64,000 bases of DNA from the human T2T-CHM13v2.0 reference genome, Homo sapiens: the NCBI RefSeq assembly GCF_009914755.1, contig NC_060932.1; one strand, given 5' to 3'. The notes beneath the pieces are model-generated. The model worked only from the letters and a program-made list of their open reading frames with translations, did not search any database and was not told the DNA's origin. Positions within the stretch are counted from its first letter, which is position 1, and every line of letters starts with the position of its first letter. This document shows positions 35,920 through 53,700 of the stretch, piece after piece. A program made the translations under genes and the position numbers.

Positions 35920-36405
35920 TGATAAAGACAAATTTATTCAATAAAACTTTCTAAAGCATGGTAAGGAAGACTGTTCAGTACCATTACAATGGGTATGTGG
36001 ACCATGGCAAAGAGATTTTGCAGTGGGAGAGTGAGATTGGGTTCAACTCCAAATACAGCGTGAGCAAGTGTGAGTTTATAGCCGAGGATCAGTGCAGGGC
36101 TCTGTGGATGGAAAATTACAAAGAAAAATCATCATGGGTAAGGGTGATTCTGGTTGAAACAACCTGACATGATTATTGATGAATACAAGCGAGGTGAACA
36201 GACTTCACCTGGGAAGGGGAAAGGATGATGAACCCGATCAAAAATAGAGGATGATAGGAAATCAAGGTTGGGGGAAAGGGTTCTTGCTCAACTGACTTAA
36301 CAGTGTTGTATGATGAAACTGAATTTAATTAAGAAGTATATAGTTGGGCCTAGGAAAACGTTCAGAAGCCTGACTAAAGTTTGGTCAGCCAAAAATCTTT
36401 ATATT
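35920..36405 (-). mobile_element. MER31/MER67-like ERV1 LTR (3' LTR)
   Basis: Reverse complement starts ...TGACCAAACTTTAGTCAGGCTTCTGAAC; adjacent TTTCCCCCTT is a minus-strand polypurine tract. Confidence 0.65.
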
Positions 36406-37620
36406 TCCCCCTTCTTATTTGAGAACAAAAGAGACACTCTTCATTCCTATAAGTAATAGAAGTCCAATTTTCTTGTTTGGCTGACTTTTGTTTCTTAAGG
36501 ACTTGCTGAATCATATGTTAGGACTTAGTAGTAGAGGATATTTGATGGACGGTGCTAGCAGTCATGTGTTTAATGAAGGGAATTTTTATAAAATGCAAAA
36601 AACAAAAAACAAAGATTAATCATTAGAAATACAGTTTCTGAATCCACGGGGCTGCCAGTTGAGATTTCTAGATGTGGGGTTCAACGCATCTGTAGAAGGT
36701 AAAGTGAGAACGGCAGTAGCCCAGTGGCCATTTGTAAATTTTCTTGTGGGCAGTTTAAATGTCTCTGTGTCTCCAGCAATGACATTGAATCTTGCAGTGA
36801 ATTTTCTGAGTAGCCCTTGCAACATCAGGCAACAATATTATCTATACATTATCTGTAGTTGTAATTTATCTGAAGCTTATATGACGTAATCCAGCATCAA
36901 CCTGCTAGTCTTTGGGAAAAAAAGCAGTTTTAATTTTTAATAATTCCAAACCAGAAGGGTAGGATAAAAATGGAAACGTTAATTTGGAGAGCTGTAGCCA
37001 GATGTTTGAAGAAATTAGAGTGATTTAGGGTCAATTCTAGTTTTAAGATCATAACAAAACCTTAAATACAATGAGCAGGACTAGCATTTAATGCCTACAA
37101 AAGTGTGCCATAGATCTTCATTGAAACATTATTTTTCTTTCTACAATTACCCCTATTTCTTTCAAAGATAAAGTGAATCTAATTTGTTTGCCAAATGAGA
37201 CCAGTCTTATTAAACTTGTCCTGGTTACTTATATAAGTGCAGCATGAATAGTGGTTGATCACATAGCCTTTTTAAGTTTGCTTTGATGGAACTTTTCATA
37301 AAGAATCTCAGATTAGACTTTTAAAAGCCTCCTGCGGCTAAGAAGCCAATGCAAGGACTTGCCATCAGATGTTGCAATACCTACAGATTTGGGCAAATTC
37401 CTCTTCTCTTGATGTCCTCAAAATATCCTGAAGTTCCTAGGCATTCCGAGAAGTGGCCTTTTTTACTTACCTCTAAAACAACATTTAAAGCCAGGTACAA
37501 ATCCAGTTTTCCAAGGGAAGCTTTATAAGCCATGACATCTTAAAGTCAACCTTAGTGCCTTAAAGCTGTCTGATCATATCTGATTTTATATATTATTCTT
37601 ACTAGTCTATGAAGTAATTT
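36406..37620 (-). mobile_element. MER4-group ERV1 internal fragment
   Basis: GAATCTCAGATTAGACTTTTAAAAGCCTC, GGCAAATTCCTCTTCTCTTGA, AAAGTCAACCTTAG motifs. Confidence 0.65.
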
Positions 37621-38269
37621 TAGCCCCAGGATATTGTTTTTTTTTTATTTTTAATAGCAATCAGTTAACAATTATTGCATCTTGACAGATGAGTTGGTCA
37701 GGAAAAGAACCAAAGAGAATCCTGGTGAAAACCACTGCCACCTTGGGGTGACTGTGAGCATACCCAGCCAGTACTGTAATCCCTGGGGAACAATCTAAGA
37801 GGCTTGACACTGTAAGGAGAAAATAGTCTTCACCAAAGTAAAGCAGCCAGTCATTAATCAACTAATCAAGAAAATAACAACCACAAGCCCAGAAAATGGG
37901 GGAAGGAGGGAGAAGGTCACTACAACATACTATATAAAATATCCAGCTTCAAATAAAAACATGAAATATGCAGAGAAACAGGAAATTATTGCCTATACAT
38001 TGGAAAAAAGGAGGTGACATAAACTGCTTGTGAATGTGCCAGAAGTTGGATTTAACAGACTTTAAAACAGACATTATACAGAGAACTAAACAATACCATG
38101 ATTAAATAATTAAAAGAAAGTATGAAGATAGTGTCATATCAAATAGATGATTCCAACAGGGTATGTAAATTATAAAAAAGAAATAAATAGATATTCTACA
38201 GTTGAAAGATACAATTATTACAGTTATTATTATAATAAACAGGCCAATCCATCAGAGATATAAAACAAG

Positions 38270-38316
<47 letters not shown>

Positions 38317-38345
38317 CTCTATCATCTATCTCTCCATCTATCAGA
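38270..38345. repeat. (TCTA)11 microsatellite with degenerate extension
   Basis: Pure run 38270-38313. Confidence 0.97.
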
Positions 38346-39894
38346 GGCCCTAGATATATGAAGCAGAAACTGACAGAAATGAAGTGACAAATGGACAATA
38401 TAATAATTATTAAAGTCTTCTAATAATGAAAACTTTAATACCCCACTTTCAATAACAGAATAATTAAGCAGAAGAACAGCAAAGAAATATTATAAATAAC
38501 TTGAACAATATTATAAACCATCTAGACCTAACAGGTATCTATTATACACTCCACGCAAAAAGTGGAATATATATTCTTCTCAAATGTGTGTGGGACATTC
38601 TCCAGGACAGAATATAAACTTGGTAGTAAAAGAAGCCTCAACACATTTTAAATAATAGAAATAAAGTATTTTTCCTCATCACAACGGAATGAATTTAGAA
38701 ATCAATGACAAAAATGGAAGCTCAAATGTACATAAATTAAACAACACATTTTACATAATCAATAGTAAAATAACAAATCAAAAGGAAAATTAGGAAAGAC
38801 TGAGATAAATGAACATAAAAACACAATATACCAAATTTATAGGATACAGCTGAAGCAGTGCTTAGAGAAAAATTTATACACATAAATATCTATATTAACA
38901 AAGGCAAAAGATTGTTAATCAATAACCTAATATTTGGCCTTAAAACATAGGGTAAGGAAAAGTAAATGTAACCTAGAAAAAGCAGGAGAAATAAAATAAT
39001 AGATACTAGAGTGGAAATTAAAAAGATAGAGAATAGAAAAATAATAGAATCAATGGAACTCAAAGGTTATTCTTTAAAAAGATTTTTAAAATTGGCAAAC
39101 CTTTAGTTAGATTTTATAGCAAAAGATATAAATTCCAGCAGACATATACAGAAGAGTAAATACCAATTCTTCACACAGCTTCTCCAACAATAAAAGACAG
39201 GAATACTGCTAAACTTATCCTATGAGCCCTAGTATTACTTTGACACCAAAACCAGGCAAGTCATCATAAAGAAGGAAACCTACATATCAATATCTTTTAC
39301 AAATATGAATATAACAACCCTCAAAATGCTAGAAATGTATAAAATAATATGTAAAAAAGAATTATATATTATGAGTAAGTGGGAAATACTACAGAAATGC
39401 AAGGTTAGTTTAACATCCAAAAATATATTAAGCTAGTACACTAGATCAATAGAATAAAAAACAAAAACAATATGGTCCTCTCAATAGATGCAGAAAAAGC
39501 CTTTCACAAAATTTAAGCACAGTTTATAATAAAAGCCCTTACCAAATAGGAATAGAAAGGGACTTCCTCAACTTGATAAAGGAAATCTACTAAAAACTCA
39601 CACCTAATATATTTAACAGTGAGATATTGTATAATTTCCCTCTAAGTCAGAAAAAGACAACAGTATATGTTCTTGCTACTTTGTTTCAATAGTGTACTAG
39701 AGATGCTAGCCAGGGAAATTAGGCAGGAAAAGAAGTACATCTAGTTTGGAAAGGAAAAGTAAACTTATTTGTAATTTTAGATGACATGACCATATATATA
39801 GAAAATTCTGAGGTTTCACTAAAAACTTTTGTAACTAGTAAACAAATTCATCAAAGTTTCAGGGTACAAAATCAGTAATTAAAAACCAATTACA

Positions 39895-40201
<307 letters not shown>

Positions 40202-40357
40202 TTATCCTTGCAATGAACAATCACAAAATAAAATTAATAATTATATTTATAATAGCATCAAAAATAATATACTTAGGAATAAATACATTTTTAAACAAGT
40301 ACAATACTTATTCTCTGAAAACTATGAAACATTCTTGAAAAAGTAAAAATCTCAATA

Positions 40358-40674
40358 AAGTATTTTTCCCCTTATCTGTGGTTTTGGTTTCCACGATTTC
40401 TGTTACTCGTGGTCAACTGGGTTCTGAACATCGGTGAGTGCAATACAGTGAGATCTTTTGAGAGAGAAAGACAGAGTAGCAGAGAGACCACATTCACTTT
40501 TATTACAGTATATAGTTATGAGTGTTCTATTTTACCATTAATTATTGTTAATTTTTTTACCATGTCTAATTAATAAATTAAACTTTATAATAGGTAGATA
40601 GAAAACATAGTATATATATGGGTTTGGTATCATCTCTCGTTTTAGGCATCCACTGAGAAAAGGGAGGGCTACTA
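40358..40674 (+). mobile_element. MER44A-like (Tigger7-derived) element
   Basis: CCCCTTATCTGTGGTTTT...GTGGTCAAC start, TTTAGGCATCCACTG, AAGGGAGGGCTACTA end, TA on both sides. Confidence 0.8.
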
Positions 40675-41605
40675 TAAATGAAAAAAAGTGTATTTTATTC
40701 ATGGATTGGAAGACATTGTATTATAATGGTGGAAATACTCCCCAAATTCATCTATAGATTCAACACAAAGCTATCACAATTCCATGTAGTTTTTTTGCAT
40801 GCTTGGACAAGCTGGTTTTAAATTAAACTGGAATTACAAGGGACACAGAATGGTCTAATATATCTGAAAAAGGAATAAGCTTGGAGCATTCAAATTTCCT
40901 GATTTCAAAACTCACTCCAATGCAACAGTAATCAAGAGAGGGTGGTATTATCACAAGGATAGATATATAGATCAATGAAATAGAATTAAGAATACAGAAG
41001 TAAATCTCTGTGCCTTTCGTCAACTGATCGTTGACAAGGGTACCAAGACCATTCAAAAGAGAAAGGATAACATTTCAACAATAGTGCTTGGGTAACTAGG
41101 TAGCCACATGCAAAAGAATGCAATTAGCCCATTACCTGGAACCATATATATAAAAAATTCATTGAAAATGGAAATGTAAGAGCTAAAACTATGAAATTCT
41201 TAGAAGATGATATAGGGGTAAATTTGCATGACTTTGGAGATGGCAATGGAGTCTTATATATGAGATGCCGAAAGCACATAAAACAATGACAATAAAAATA
41301 AATAGATAAATTTGACTTTATCAAAATTAAAAACATCTATTTTTCAAATGACACTATCCAGTGAAAAGACTACTCACAAAATGGGAGAAAATATTTGTAA
41401 ATCATAAATCTGTTAATGGACTTGTATCTTTAATAATATTTTTAAAATTCTTACAACTCAATTATAAAAAGACAAATGTTCTTTCCAAGACAGCATTATC
41501 GGTGTCAGGCATTTCCACTTCATTTTGTATCTGTGGTATGTGGAACAGATTGTCTTCAAGATCATGATGATGGAGAATAAAGAAGTACAGGGTGGCACAT
41601 GAGTT

Positions 41606-41909
<304 letters not shown>

Positions 41910-42939
41910 TACTCACATGAGTTGTTAAAGGTCATGCCTATACATGGCTTCATCACTTCCCCTAATATCCCATTCATCAGGAATTACTCACATGGCCTCA
42001 ATAAACTTAAAAGGCAGCCTGGAGAATGTTGATGAGCACATATATATATTTTTTTCAACTTTTATTTATTTATTTATTTTTATTGCGCCTGCCTCCCCAA
42101 CCCCTAAAACCAGGGTTGGGAAGGAGCTAATGCAATGACTTTTAAAAACCACCAGTTTAGTCTAATGTTTCCTGGATGAATCATCAATATTTAAAACAAT
42201 TTGAAATAATGGATCAATTAATAGAAAACACAAAAATCCATGTTCATCAAGGTATGAAATGATATAAGACTCCTGGTAGGAATCCAGACAAGATTCCTGA
42301 TTGGCAATGAAAAGCCTGTAATATTCTAAGGTGATTTAAGAATTGTTGCTACATCCCAGCAGGGAAAATATTTTAAAATCTTGAGTCCCCAATTTGAGAA
42401 TCATGAATCCCCTACAACAACTAAATTCCCACAGAGAAGCTACTAGACAAAGCTATATTATTTTTGCTTATAAATTATAGTTATAATAAATCGAAGTCTC
42501 TAATTTTTCTATTCCAGGTTTCCTATTTTACTTTATCAGAAAGGGAAAGCAACGTTTACATACATCACTGGAATTCAGTGTTCTTTCTTCAGCAATTGGA
42601 AGCTGTGCCATATTTCATTAAGAAAGGCATAGCTATCTTATCAACTTAAATAAATCCAGAATCCTCTATGCCATTCTGTCTTAAAACATCAATTGGATTC
42701 AATGATATCACAAACTCTGTGATACACACAAAAAGACATTCAACCCATCCTGACTGCTCTAGTGATACAATTTTCCAAACATATGAGATACTTTCAATGA
42801 GCTACCATATTGCTGTTGCTAACAATCAACCAACAGAAAATTGAGCTATGACAATAGCAAATATTCCATACTTAAAATATCCTGTACACTCTACTAGGAA
42901 AATACATGTAGGTATGTCATATTTATATTCATGTAAAAG

Positions 42940-43130
42940 AAGTGTGTGTGGTAATTAATTTATTTCTTACAAGATTATAAGGAATGTACTATTTTAGATG
43001 AGAAAATTGAGGCATGTAAAGGTTAACCATATTATTCAGCTTCATATTATTAGCAAGTAATATAGTTTATTTTACTTTATCAGAAAGGGAAAGCAACTCA
43101 ATCAGTGTAACTACAGAAATCTCCTTTAGC
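42940..43130 (-). mobile_element. MIR
   Basis: Core ATTTTAGATGAGAAAATTGAGGC...AAAGGTTAA. Confidence 0.65.
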
Positions 43131-43993
43131 AAATTATAAAAGTTTACTGTAGCTGATAGAACTATAGCATCATTGTTAAGAGCTATTATTTGAAGGACAA
43201 TATATAGCATAGAATTATTCTGGATTACAAATGGATGTAAGCACAAAACAGGTAAAGAAATCCACTTACATTCATCTTTAAGTTAATAAATGTGTAGGTG
43301 CATCTCTAACCGATTATTTCCTATATGACTAAAATGCAAAATGTCCAAACTAAGATAATTATTAATAATTTCACCTCTGAGCATGTCTTTCATGTTATAT
43401 TCTTTTCTGTCTGTGAATAGCATCATCATCTAACCATATAACTGGCTGCCCAAGACAAAATCTTTAGTATCATCTCATCTCTACTTCATGAGAAACAGCC
43501 ATCAGTCAAAGAGTCCTGCCACTAAAATTTCTCATGCGCAGCCCTTCTTTCTAAATCCATTGCCAATTTCAGATAATCTTTTTTTTAATCTGGGAAATTG
43601 CAAATCTCTTCGAGCCATTGTTCTTATACCTCTGTAATTCATCCTTCAACCTGCTTCCAAAATCTGCTTAAAATTCAATTATGTTTAGCTTATTCTACTG
43701 TCAGTAGACAGACCACATTAAATATAAAATATGCAAACTAAAATATAGTTAAGTCAGACTAACACAAATACAACATCTTAGTATTAATTTTTACCAACGT
43801 TTTTACCAACACAAGAATTCCAAGGATTTCCCAGAAATGTTCTTCCAGTATAGGAAGGAAAGAGATTAAAGTCTAGCTACTGAATCTTTTCCTTCTCAGC
43901 TTCCAACCTACCTTTCTAGCCTCACACTCTCCACAAATGTATACACTCCAGCCTATACTTTATAAATTCTTGCAACATTATATGTTCTTTTTT

Positions 43994-46228
<2,235 letters not shown>

Positions 46229-46434
46229 TGAAATAGTCTTTCCATTTACCTAATGTATTCCTAAGTTGAATGCCAAATTCATAGGTCATTTATTTTCTAA
46301 AGATGTCTCAATGCTCTTTCAAAATGAAGTATTCTCTCTCATTTTACCCTCGTCTTCATAATTTGCATGTGATATTGTCCTGTCCCACCCTCTAGATTGT
46401 AATTTCTTCATATACATGCACCATTCTATATCAT

Positions 46435-46580
46435 TTTCTGTTTTCTAACTTTTATTTCGAGTTTCGGGGGTACCTGTGCAGGATTGTTGTATAGGCAAAC
46501 TCATGCCACAAGGGTTTGTGGTACCGATTATTTCATCAGCCAGGTACTAAGCCTAGTACCCGATAGTAATTTTTTTCAAT
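46435..46580 (-). mobile_element. Short L1PA13-16 3' terminus
   Basis: AACTTTTATTT...GGGGTACCTGTGCAGG...AGGTACTAAGCCTAGTACCC. Confidence 0.8.
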
Positions 46581-47868
46581 ACTTTAAGCCAACCCACATA
46601 TATGACACATAATAGAGCCTGTTTTTATAAATGAATGCATCCGTTAGAAATTTTAAGTAGCATCAATAGTTTCTATACGTCCTTACAGAGTCTGATAACT
46701 GTTTTTCCTTATTTGAGAGTAATTAGTTCACAAGGAAGTTTGGTTCTTCAGACGGTTAGACACACTTCATTCTAAATTAAAAACTGGAAAAATAAACTAG
46801 CATTAGAAATTATACCATCCTTGAGGTCGCGGTTAGTGTGCAATTGCTCTTGATGTTCATTTCTTTGTCCTTGACTTATGGTGCTTTCTTTGAATTTTCT
46901 TAGAAAGTCAAGAAATATTATTTGGACAAACTAATGTATTTCCTATTTCCATGATTGGTGGGCTTTTAAAAAACGTCTCAGCTGAAATCAGTATGTATTA
47001 ATGCTAACAATATATAATACAGTTTTCTCCATTCTGGGCCAGGTGCCAGCGCCTGCAGTTTTTTAAAGTTCTATAAAAGGTGCCTCACAGCTGAAGGCTT
47101 AACTACCATTTTTCTCTATAGTGTCATTATTAAAATTAATTGATATTGGCAGTGATGGCCTTTCAGTTCTTTGTGTAGGAAAAAATAAATTATTCTGTCA
47201 CAAATGTCCAAAGTATTTCTCTGTGTCTTATATCATAGAAAAATGATATAATAATGTATTTCTTTATAACTACCAGAGAAATCTTAATTGAAGTGAAAAT
47301 CAGTCATGAATCTTAACACATAAATGTAATATTCTTTCAAACAAAAGGTATATATGATAGATAGAAGTATGTTCCTACTACTTTGCACTGGTCAAATCTC
47401 TCTCTTCATCTACTCTATAATAATATCCAATGAGGGGCTCATATTAAAATGATCATCTCATTCACCAGACAGCTTAACACATTTTAAGTATTGTTTTCCT
47501 AATGATTACTATTGTTATTATTTTACATATTTTTATATCAGGTATATTTTATCAAAATTACATGTAGCTCAAAAAATCTATGAGTGCTAAGTCAGTAGAT
47601 TTGTCATTTGACTTAATTTATGTAAGTATAACTTGTTTACATCTACTGCATTTTTCAAGGTATAATATCAACAAAATAATTCAGGGAACACACATCGTAA
47701 GTGTTGAATTTAGGCTGAATTTAGCTAAGGACAGAAAAAAGATACTAATCATGGAATTTAATTTAGAATTGATGAGCTTTATTGTTCTTGTGAGTTAAGA
47801 ATTGTTTAGAATAGTTTTAACTCTTTTTTATATCTAATAATTTTCAAAGAAATTATAAGAAAAAAATC

Positions 47869-48156
<288 letters not shown>

Positions 48157-49362
48157 TTAAGATTAACAGATTTCTCAGATTGCAACAAAAGATTGTGGCA
48201 GGTACAGTAACATAAGTGCTATCTTAAGGGAAAAAAATGTTTTTTATTAATTTACAATTCAGATGGTCTTTGGAGAATTAACTGTATTATGATTTTTCTA
48301 GTAATGTGAAATCCTTAGATAAAATGTAAACCAGTAAGAATTCACTTATTAAATAAAACTACCTTTGCTGCTATTTTATGTTGATGGTAAATATTTTATA
48401 GCAATTCTTTTAATATACACATTCAACAATCATTAGACTGTGAAAATTTGATTTGTCTAAACTGTTATTCCATCCTATTCATTCATTCTTTCTTCTGCTA
48501 TTGTCTTTATCACAGCAGTGGAAGTCATCCACACACAAATATAAACATCAAGTTCAATAACTATAATCCAAAGTCTCTAGAACATACAGCCTCCAAATAA
48601 TCTTTTGTTCTGCCAAAATTTGAGTTGTACTCTTCACACAAAAATAAAATTTACCTTTCTTTTTTAGGTAGCCATTCCTTTTAAGCAGGAATCAGAGGCA
48701 ATTAAATTTTGGATGTGGTACCAAAAAAGAAAAAAATCATGCCTGGTCCAACGAAAGTGTGTAAACGGAAAGAAGGGAAAGCTAGGTGAATTCACCATAT
48801 GAGAAAAGAAAACATGCTCAGTCAAGACTAAACAAATAGAACAGAGATGCCCCACAGCAACAGAAAATTACAAGGCAAAGTGAGAAATAAAGCAACAAGT
48901 ATGAGAGAGAGAGTTGGGAGAGTGATTTTAAGTTTCTTTATGCAGAGAGTACACTTACTGTTCATAGATGGAAAAAATGATACTAAATGAATTGTGGATA
49001 AATACAGGCACTTGTATCTTGGAGGTGCCTTGCTGAATATTTTGCTGAGTTTTTCTCAGTATTTACTTTCTTCTATTTTCCTAAGTTGTAGAAAAGAGTT
49101 TTATATATTTAGAGTTCTTGCCCGAGAAGAATGCATAATATGACTGAGAAGACAACTTTTTAATACAGAAACACAGAAATATGCAAGAGAGAAGATGATC
49201 AATTTATAAATTATGTAGCTCTTACTGTAAATACAGTTTGAGTTTAGAGAAAAACGACTTATATACAAGAACTTAAGAGAGGCTGTGAAAGCTCCTGCAG
49301 TTTGAATGTTGGAAAAGAAAAAAAAAAAGAAACACTCACGGTGGGTGGAAGGAAAAATTGGA

Positions 49363-49669
<307 letters not shown>

Positions 49670-49724
49670 GAAAAATTGCAGATGTGTTTTTGTTTTCCAT
49701 GTTGAGTGTCTTACCACATTTCTT

Positions 49725-50305
49725 TGTATTAGTTTTCTATTGCTGCTACAACAAATTATGACATAATCAGCAGTTTAGAACAAGAGAAATTATATTACTG
49801 TTCACCTTGAAGTCTGAGTGAGCTCAGCTGTTTCATCTGCGTTATGTCTTTCAACGCCAAACTCAAGGCTTGCTGGGGTCTTTTCTTGAAGCTCTGAGAG
49901 AGAATTCCCCCCATGTTCTTCCAGGTCTTTGGGTAAATCCAGTTACTTTAGTTATAGGCTGAAATCCCTTTTGCTTACTGACTGTTGTCCAAGAGCTTTT
50001 TTCAGCTCCTAAATGTCTCTGGCATTCGTTGATTTGTGGACCCATTCATCTTCAAAACCATCAATGACTTCTTCTCACACCTTATCTCTCTTACCTCCCA
50101 TCTGGCCCTAGCCTGAGTACACTCTACTTTTAATGAAGATGAATGCAAGTAATTCTATTAAACCAAACTAAATAATCCAGGATAATCTCTCTCTTTTAAT
50201 CTGCATTAGCTTGATTACATCTACAAATCTCCCTTTGCCATGTAGCCTAACCTATTTACAAGCTACAAAGATTAGGGCATGGGATCTTTGGAGGACTTTC
50301 ATTAG
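49725..50305 (-). mobile_element. MLT1 (E-like) MaLR LTR
   Basis: TGTATTAGTTTTCTATTGCTGC...ACAAATTA start; ATAATCCAGGATAATCTC; GATTAGGGCATGG. Confidence 0.8.
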
Positions 50306-50329
50306 CATTTGAGAATGTGTTGATGAAAG

Positions 50330-50690
50330 TATCAGTAACTTCACCTATTTGCTTGAAAAGAGTTCTTATCTGCTAAAATGTATCAACCTACTGTGTACTG
50401 TTGCCAAGAAGTGCCAGAGAATGAACACCCCAGAAAATCAGCTCTCAAAAATAACTAAAGGACTTTGTGTGCAAAAAAATAAATAAATAAATAAAATAAC
50501 CTCCATATATCTCAGGCTGGACACTTCTAACTACATGTGTTTCACGTCATTTCCCAGAGTTCCCCAGCAAGAACAAGATCCACTTGTCAACCAGACGTAA
50601 CTTGTTTACAAGTGCACCCCTTTTTTGCTGTCTTCTTTTTTCTGTCACGTCCCTATTCTCTACCACTGTTTCTTGGGAGATAGTGTTTCC
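50330..50690 (+). mobile_element. LTR16-like ERVL LTR remnant
   Basis: TCAGCTCTCA, TTCCCAGAGTTCCCCAGC, CACTGTTTCTTGGGA. Confidence 0.45.
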
Positions 50691-50759
50691 TGTTTTGTTG
50701 TTCAAAATATTATTTGGCATATGAAACAGTAACTGACAATGGAAGCACATTTTAATAAT

Positions 50760-53700
50760 TTATAAAAATCTCTTCACACCCATTTCTATAGTTAATACTG
50801 TTAACAACTCTGAGTTGGGAATTTTCCATAGCCTATTTTTAAAGATGAATACATTGAAATTACAATCTTTACGTAACTGAGGAAAGTCACAGATCATAAA
50901 TGATATGTGAGAATCCTAACTCAGAAATACATCAAACCCTGTGCATTTTCTTCTCTACTGTATACATTGAGGTAGGCATGGTAAATATTACCAATTTTAC
51001 CGTATTTCATGTATAAAAAATTGGTCACAGAGGGCTTATCTAATTTGGCTAAGATTACAAGGCTAGAAAGGAACATAATCAAGACTAGAATTTGTGCATT
51101 ATTACTCCTGGTCATGTTGTTTTCAATATATTGCAAGAAGATGTTTAAACAAGTTGAGGGCAGTTTGTTGAAGGTCTTGAGTATTATCCAAGATGATCTG
51201 GAAATAATTCTCTTAGCAGTTAATCTTCCTATTCCATGGGAGATTTTTGGAAAGTGCAATAATGAAAATGTGATTTTATATCAAAACTTATTTTTATTGA
51301 TTTTTGCCAAAATAATGTTTTAAGAAAATTAATCTGCCAAAGGTATGCAAGATGATTTGGAGGAGTATGAGACTGAGGGCAGAAAAGCTAAAGCTAAAGG
51401 AGAGGTTACTTTAATAATCCAGGCAACAAGTGATAAGGAACTGAAATAGAGTAGTGGCAAGGAGACTAGAAATGGATAAATATCAAGGTCAGTTATGGAA
51501 GCATTGATAGAAAGAAGAGACTGATTTCATGAAAGACATATTGTGTTATCATGACAGTACATGTCAATCTTTCCTTTTTAAAATATGGAAAACTACTGTT
51601 TGCCTATAATGATATGTGTCTGTGTGTGTGTGTGTGTGTATGTGCATTTCTAATCTATGATACAATGTGAAAATAAAGTCTTACTCAAAGCTTTTGAGTA
51701 ATGTAAATCATCCAATACCCTATTACTCAATGATCCTCTATCCATGTATATAATATTCAGGCCTAGGGATTATTTGCCAAAAGGAATAGAATTATATGAA
51801 AGTATTTTTCAAAACTATGTGTTTGGCTATTAACACTATTAAAATACTTATGAGGGCTAGTTACATATCAGGACTATGAAGAGAAAATCTCACATCATAT
51901 GATATTATGTAATTTCCTAGCAAGGTCAGAAGACACACACAGTGCCAGATTCTTGAGTCTGAATTAAGAAAGCAAAATTAATATCTTTTATTTTGTGTAT
52001 AACAGGCATTTTTGTATATAGTAGACAATTTTACATGCAGTTACAGAATAAGTATAACTCACTATAGTTTACATAAACATTACCCTAATATTCACATAAT
52101 CAAAGAAAGGAAAGAATCTGCTAGATTAACCTGAACAATATTACCATACCTCTTCTGGATACTTATAATAGGATTCCACAGGATATCCAAACTTCCATTT
52201 TACTTGTATCTCTTTCTCTTTTTCATAGTCCATTCTCAATTAATAGCAGATGAACAGAACTTAAAAGTAAAATAATCTTAAATAACACCACATAATGTCT
52301 TCACTTAAAACATTCTTCAGGTCTCCCTTTATAATTAAAATGAGATCCAAATTCTTCATCATGGTGAAGAAATTCCATTCATGCTGTGATGTGTGCCCAC
52401 ATATCTGACTTCATCTACCACTCTCCCTTTTATAAAGTTTTAGCTTCATTGGCTTTTTGTTGTTGCTGTTACTTTGACACATTTTATGTTACTTTTAATT
52501 ACTAAATTGTATTGCATTTATGGAGTACAGTGTAATGTAAACATTCTTCTCAAGAAATTTCAGAGGGCTGCTGCTTCTCATAATTCAGATCCAAAATCCA
52601 GTATTACCTCCTCAGCAAGGCTATGCCTGACATGCAGTGTAGAATAGACCTTGCCATCGTCCTTATATCTATGAAAGTTAATTTTATTTTGTTGATTGTT
52701 ATTGTTAGCTTCTCCCTACTAGCGTGTGAACTTTACCACATACAGTGATCATGATACTGCCAAACACTTAGTAAGCACTCACTAAACAACTGTCAAATTA
52801 GGTGATTGAATAATAGCAGGCACTAAACAATAAATGATGATATAATTTTAACTTAAGTCTTAAATAGATTTTAGGTAGATATTTCAATATCTGAATAACA
52901 AGTATAAATTGTGTCTAATTTGCATGTGATCATTGATAGAAGCTGATATTCTGAAAACTACAGACTAGTTTCTTCAATATCAATACTGTATTTTAACTAT
53001 AATCATTATACTATAAACCTTGTCTAATATTATGTGAGAAAAGGAAGAAGGAAGAGTGAGAAGGGAGAAAAGAGAAAGAGGCAGAGGGAGAGGAAAAGGA
53101 AGAGGAAGAGAAAGGGAGAGAGAATAGGATCGACAGCTATAAAACGAAAACTAACCTAGCATTCTTGCTTTGAAATAAAACAGCCATCGATTTGTGGACA
53201 TCAGTAATCAGTACAGTTTAATCCATTTCAGCACAAATTTATTCTGTTAAGCACTGTTAAGATTAGTTCAAACTATTAAAAAGAGAAATGTGAAATAAAC
53301 AACAAAGTGGCTCTTGTTTTATTAGAACTGAGTGACTGAAATTAATTGTGATAACAGTCACTTAGGTTATAGTGGCACATGAGAAGTACTGTGAAAATGT
53401 CAGTTCAATTGTCTACCTAGTTAGCAGCATGACTTGCCAGGTTGTCTAGATCGGGTTTTGGACATAACACGATACAGCTAATTTGCCTATAGGATCTACT
53501 TGTGTTATTTACATTGTCACTTAACAACATTCATCTGCAGATCTACACACACTGGAAGACACACACCACAGATAGCCTTGTGAATTTCCTATACATTGTT
53601 GGAGATGCTCTGATATGTGTATTAATAGTATATGTGAAATTACATTTAGGATGCCAAAGAAAAGTTAGGCTAATTAGCAGTAGCACACACTACATGATGG

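Noticed and set aside
42500-42520. Splice-acceptor-like TTTTTCTATTCCAG
   Set aside because: Such motifs are common by chance; no matching donor or coding exon is evident.
50921-51323. Overlapping 112- and 104-aa ORFs on opposite strands
   Set aside because: They lie in MIR/L2 remnants with no recognisable protein features.
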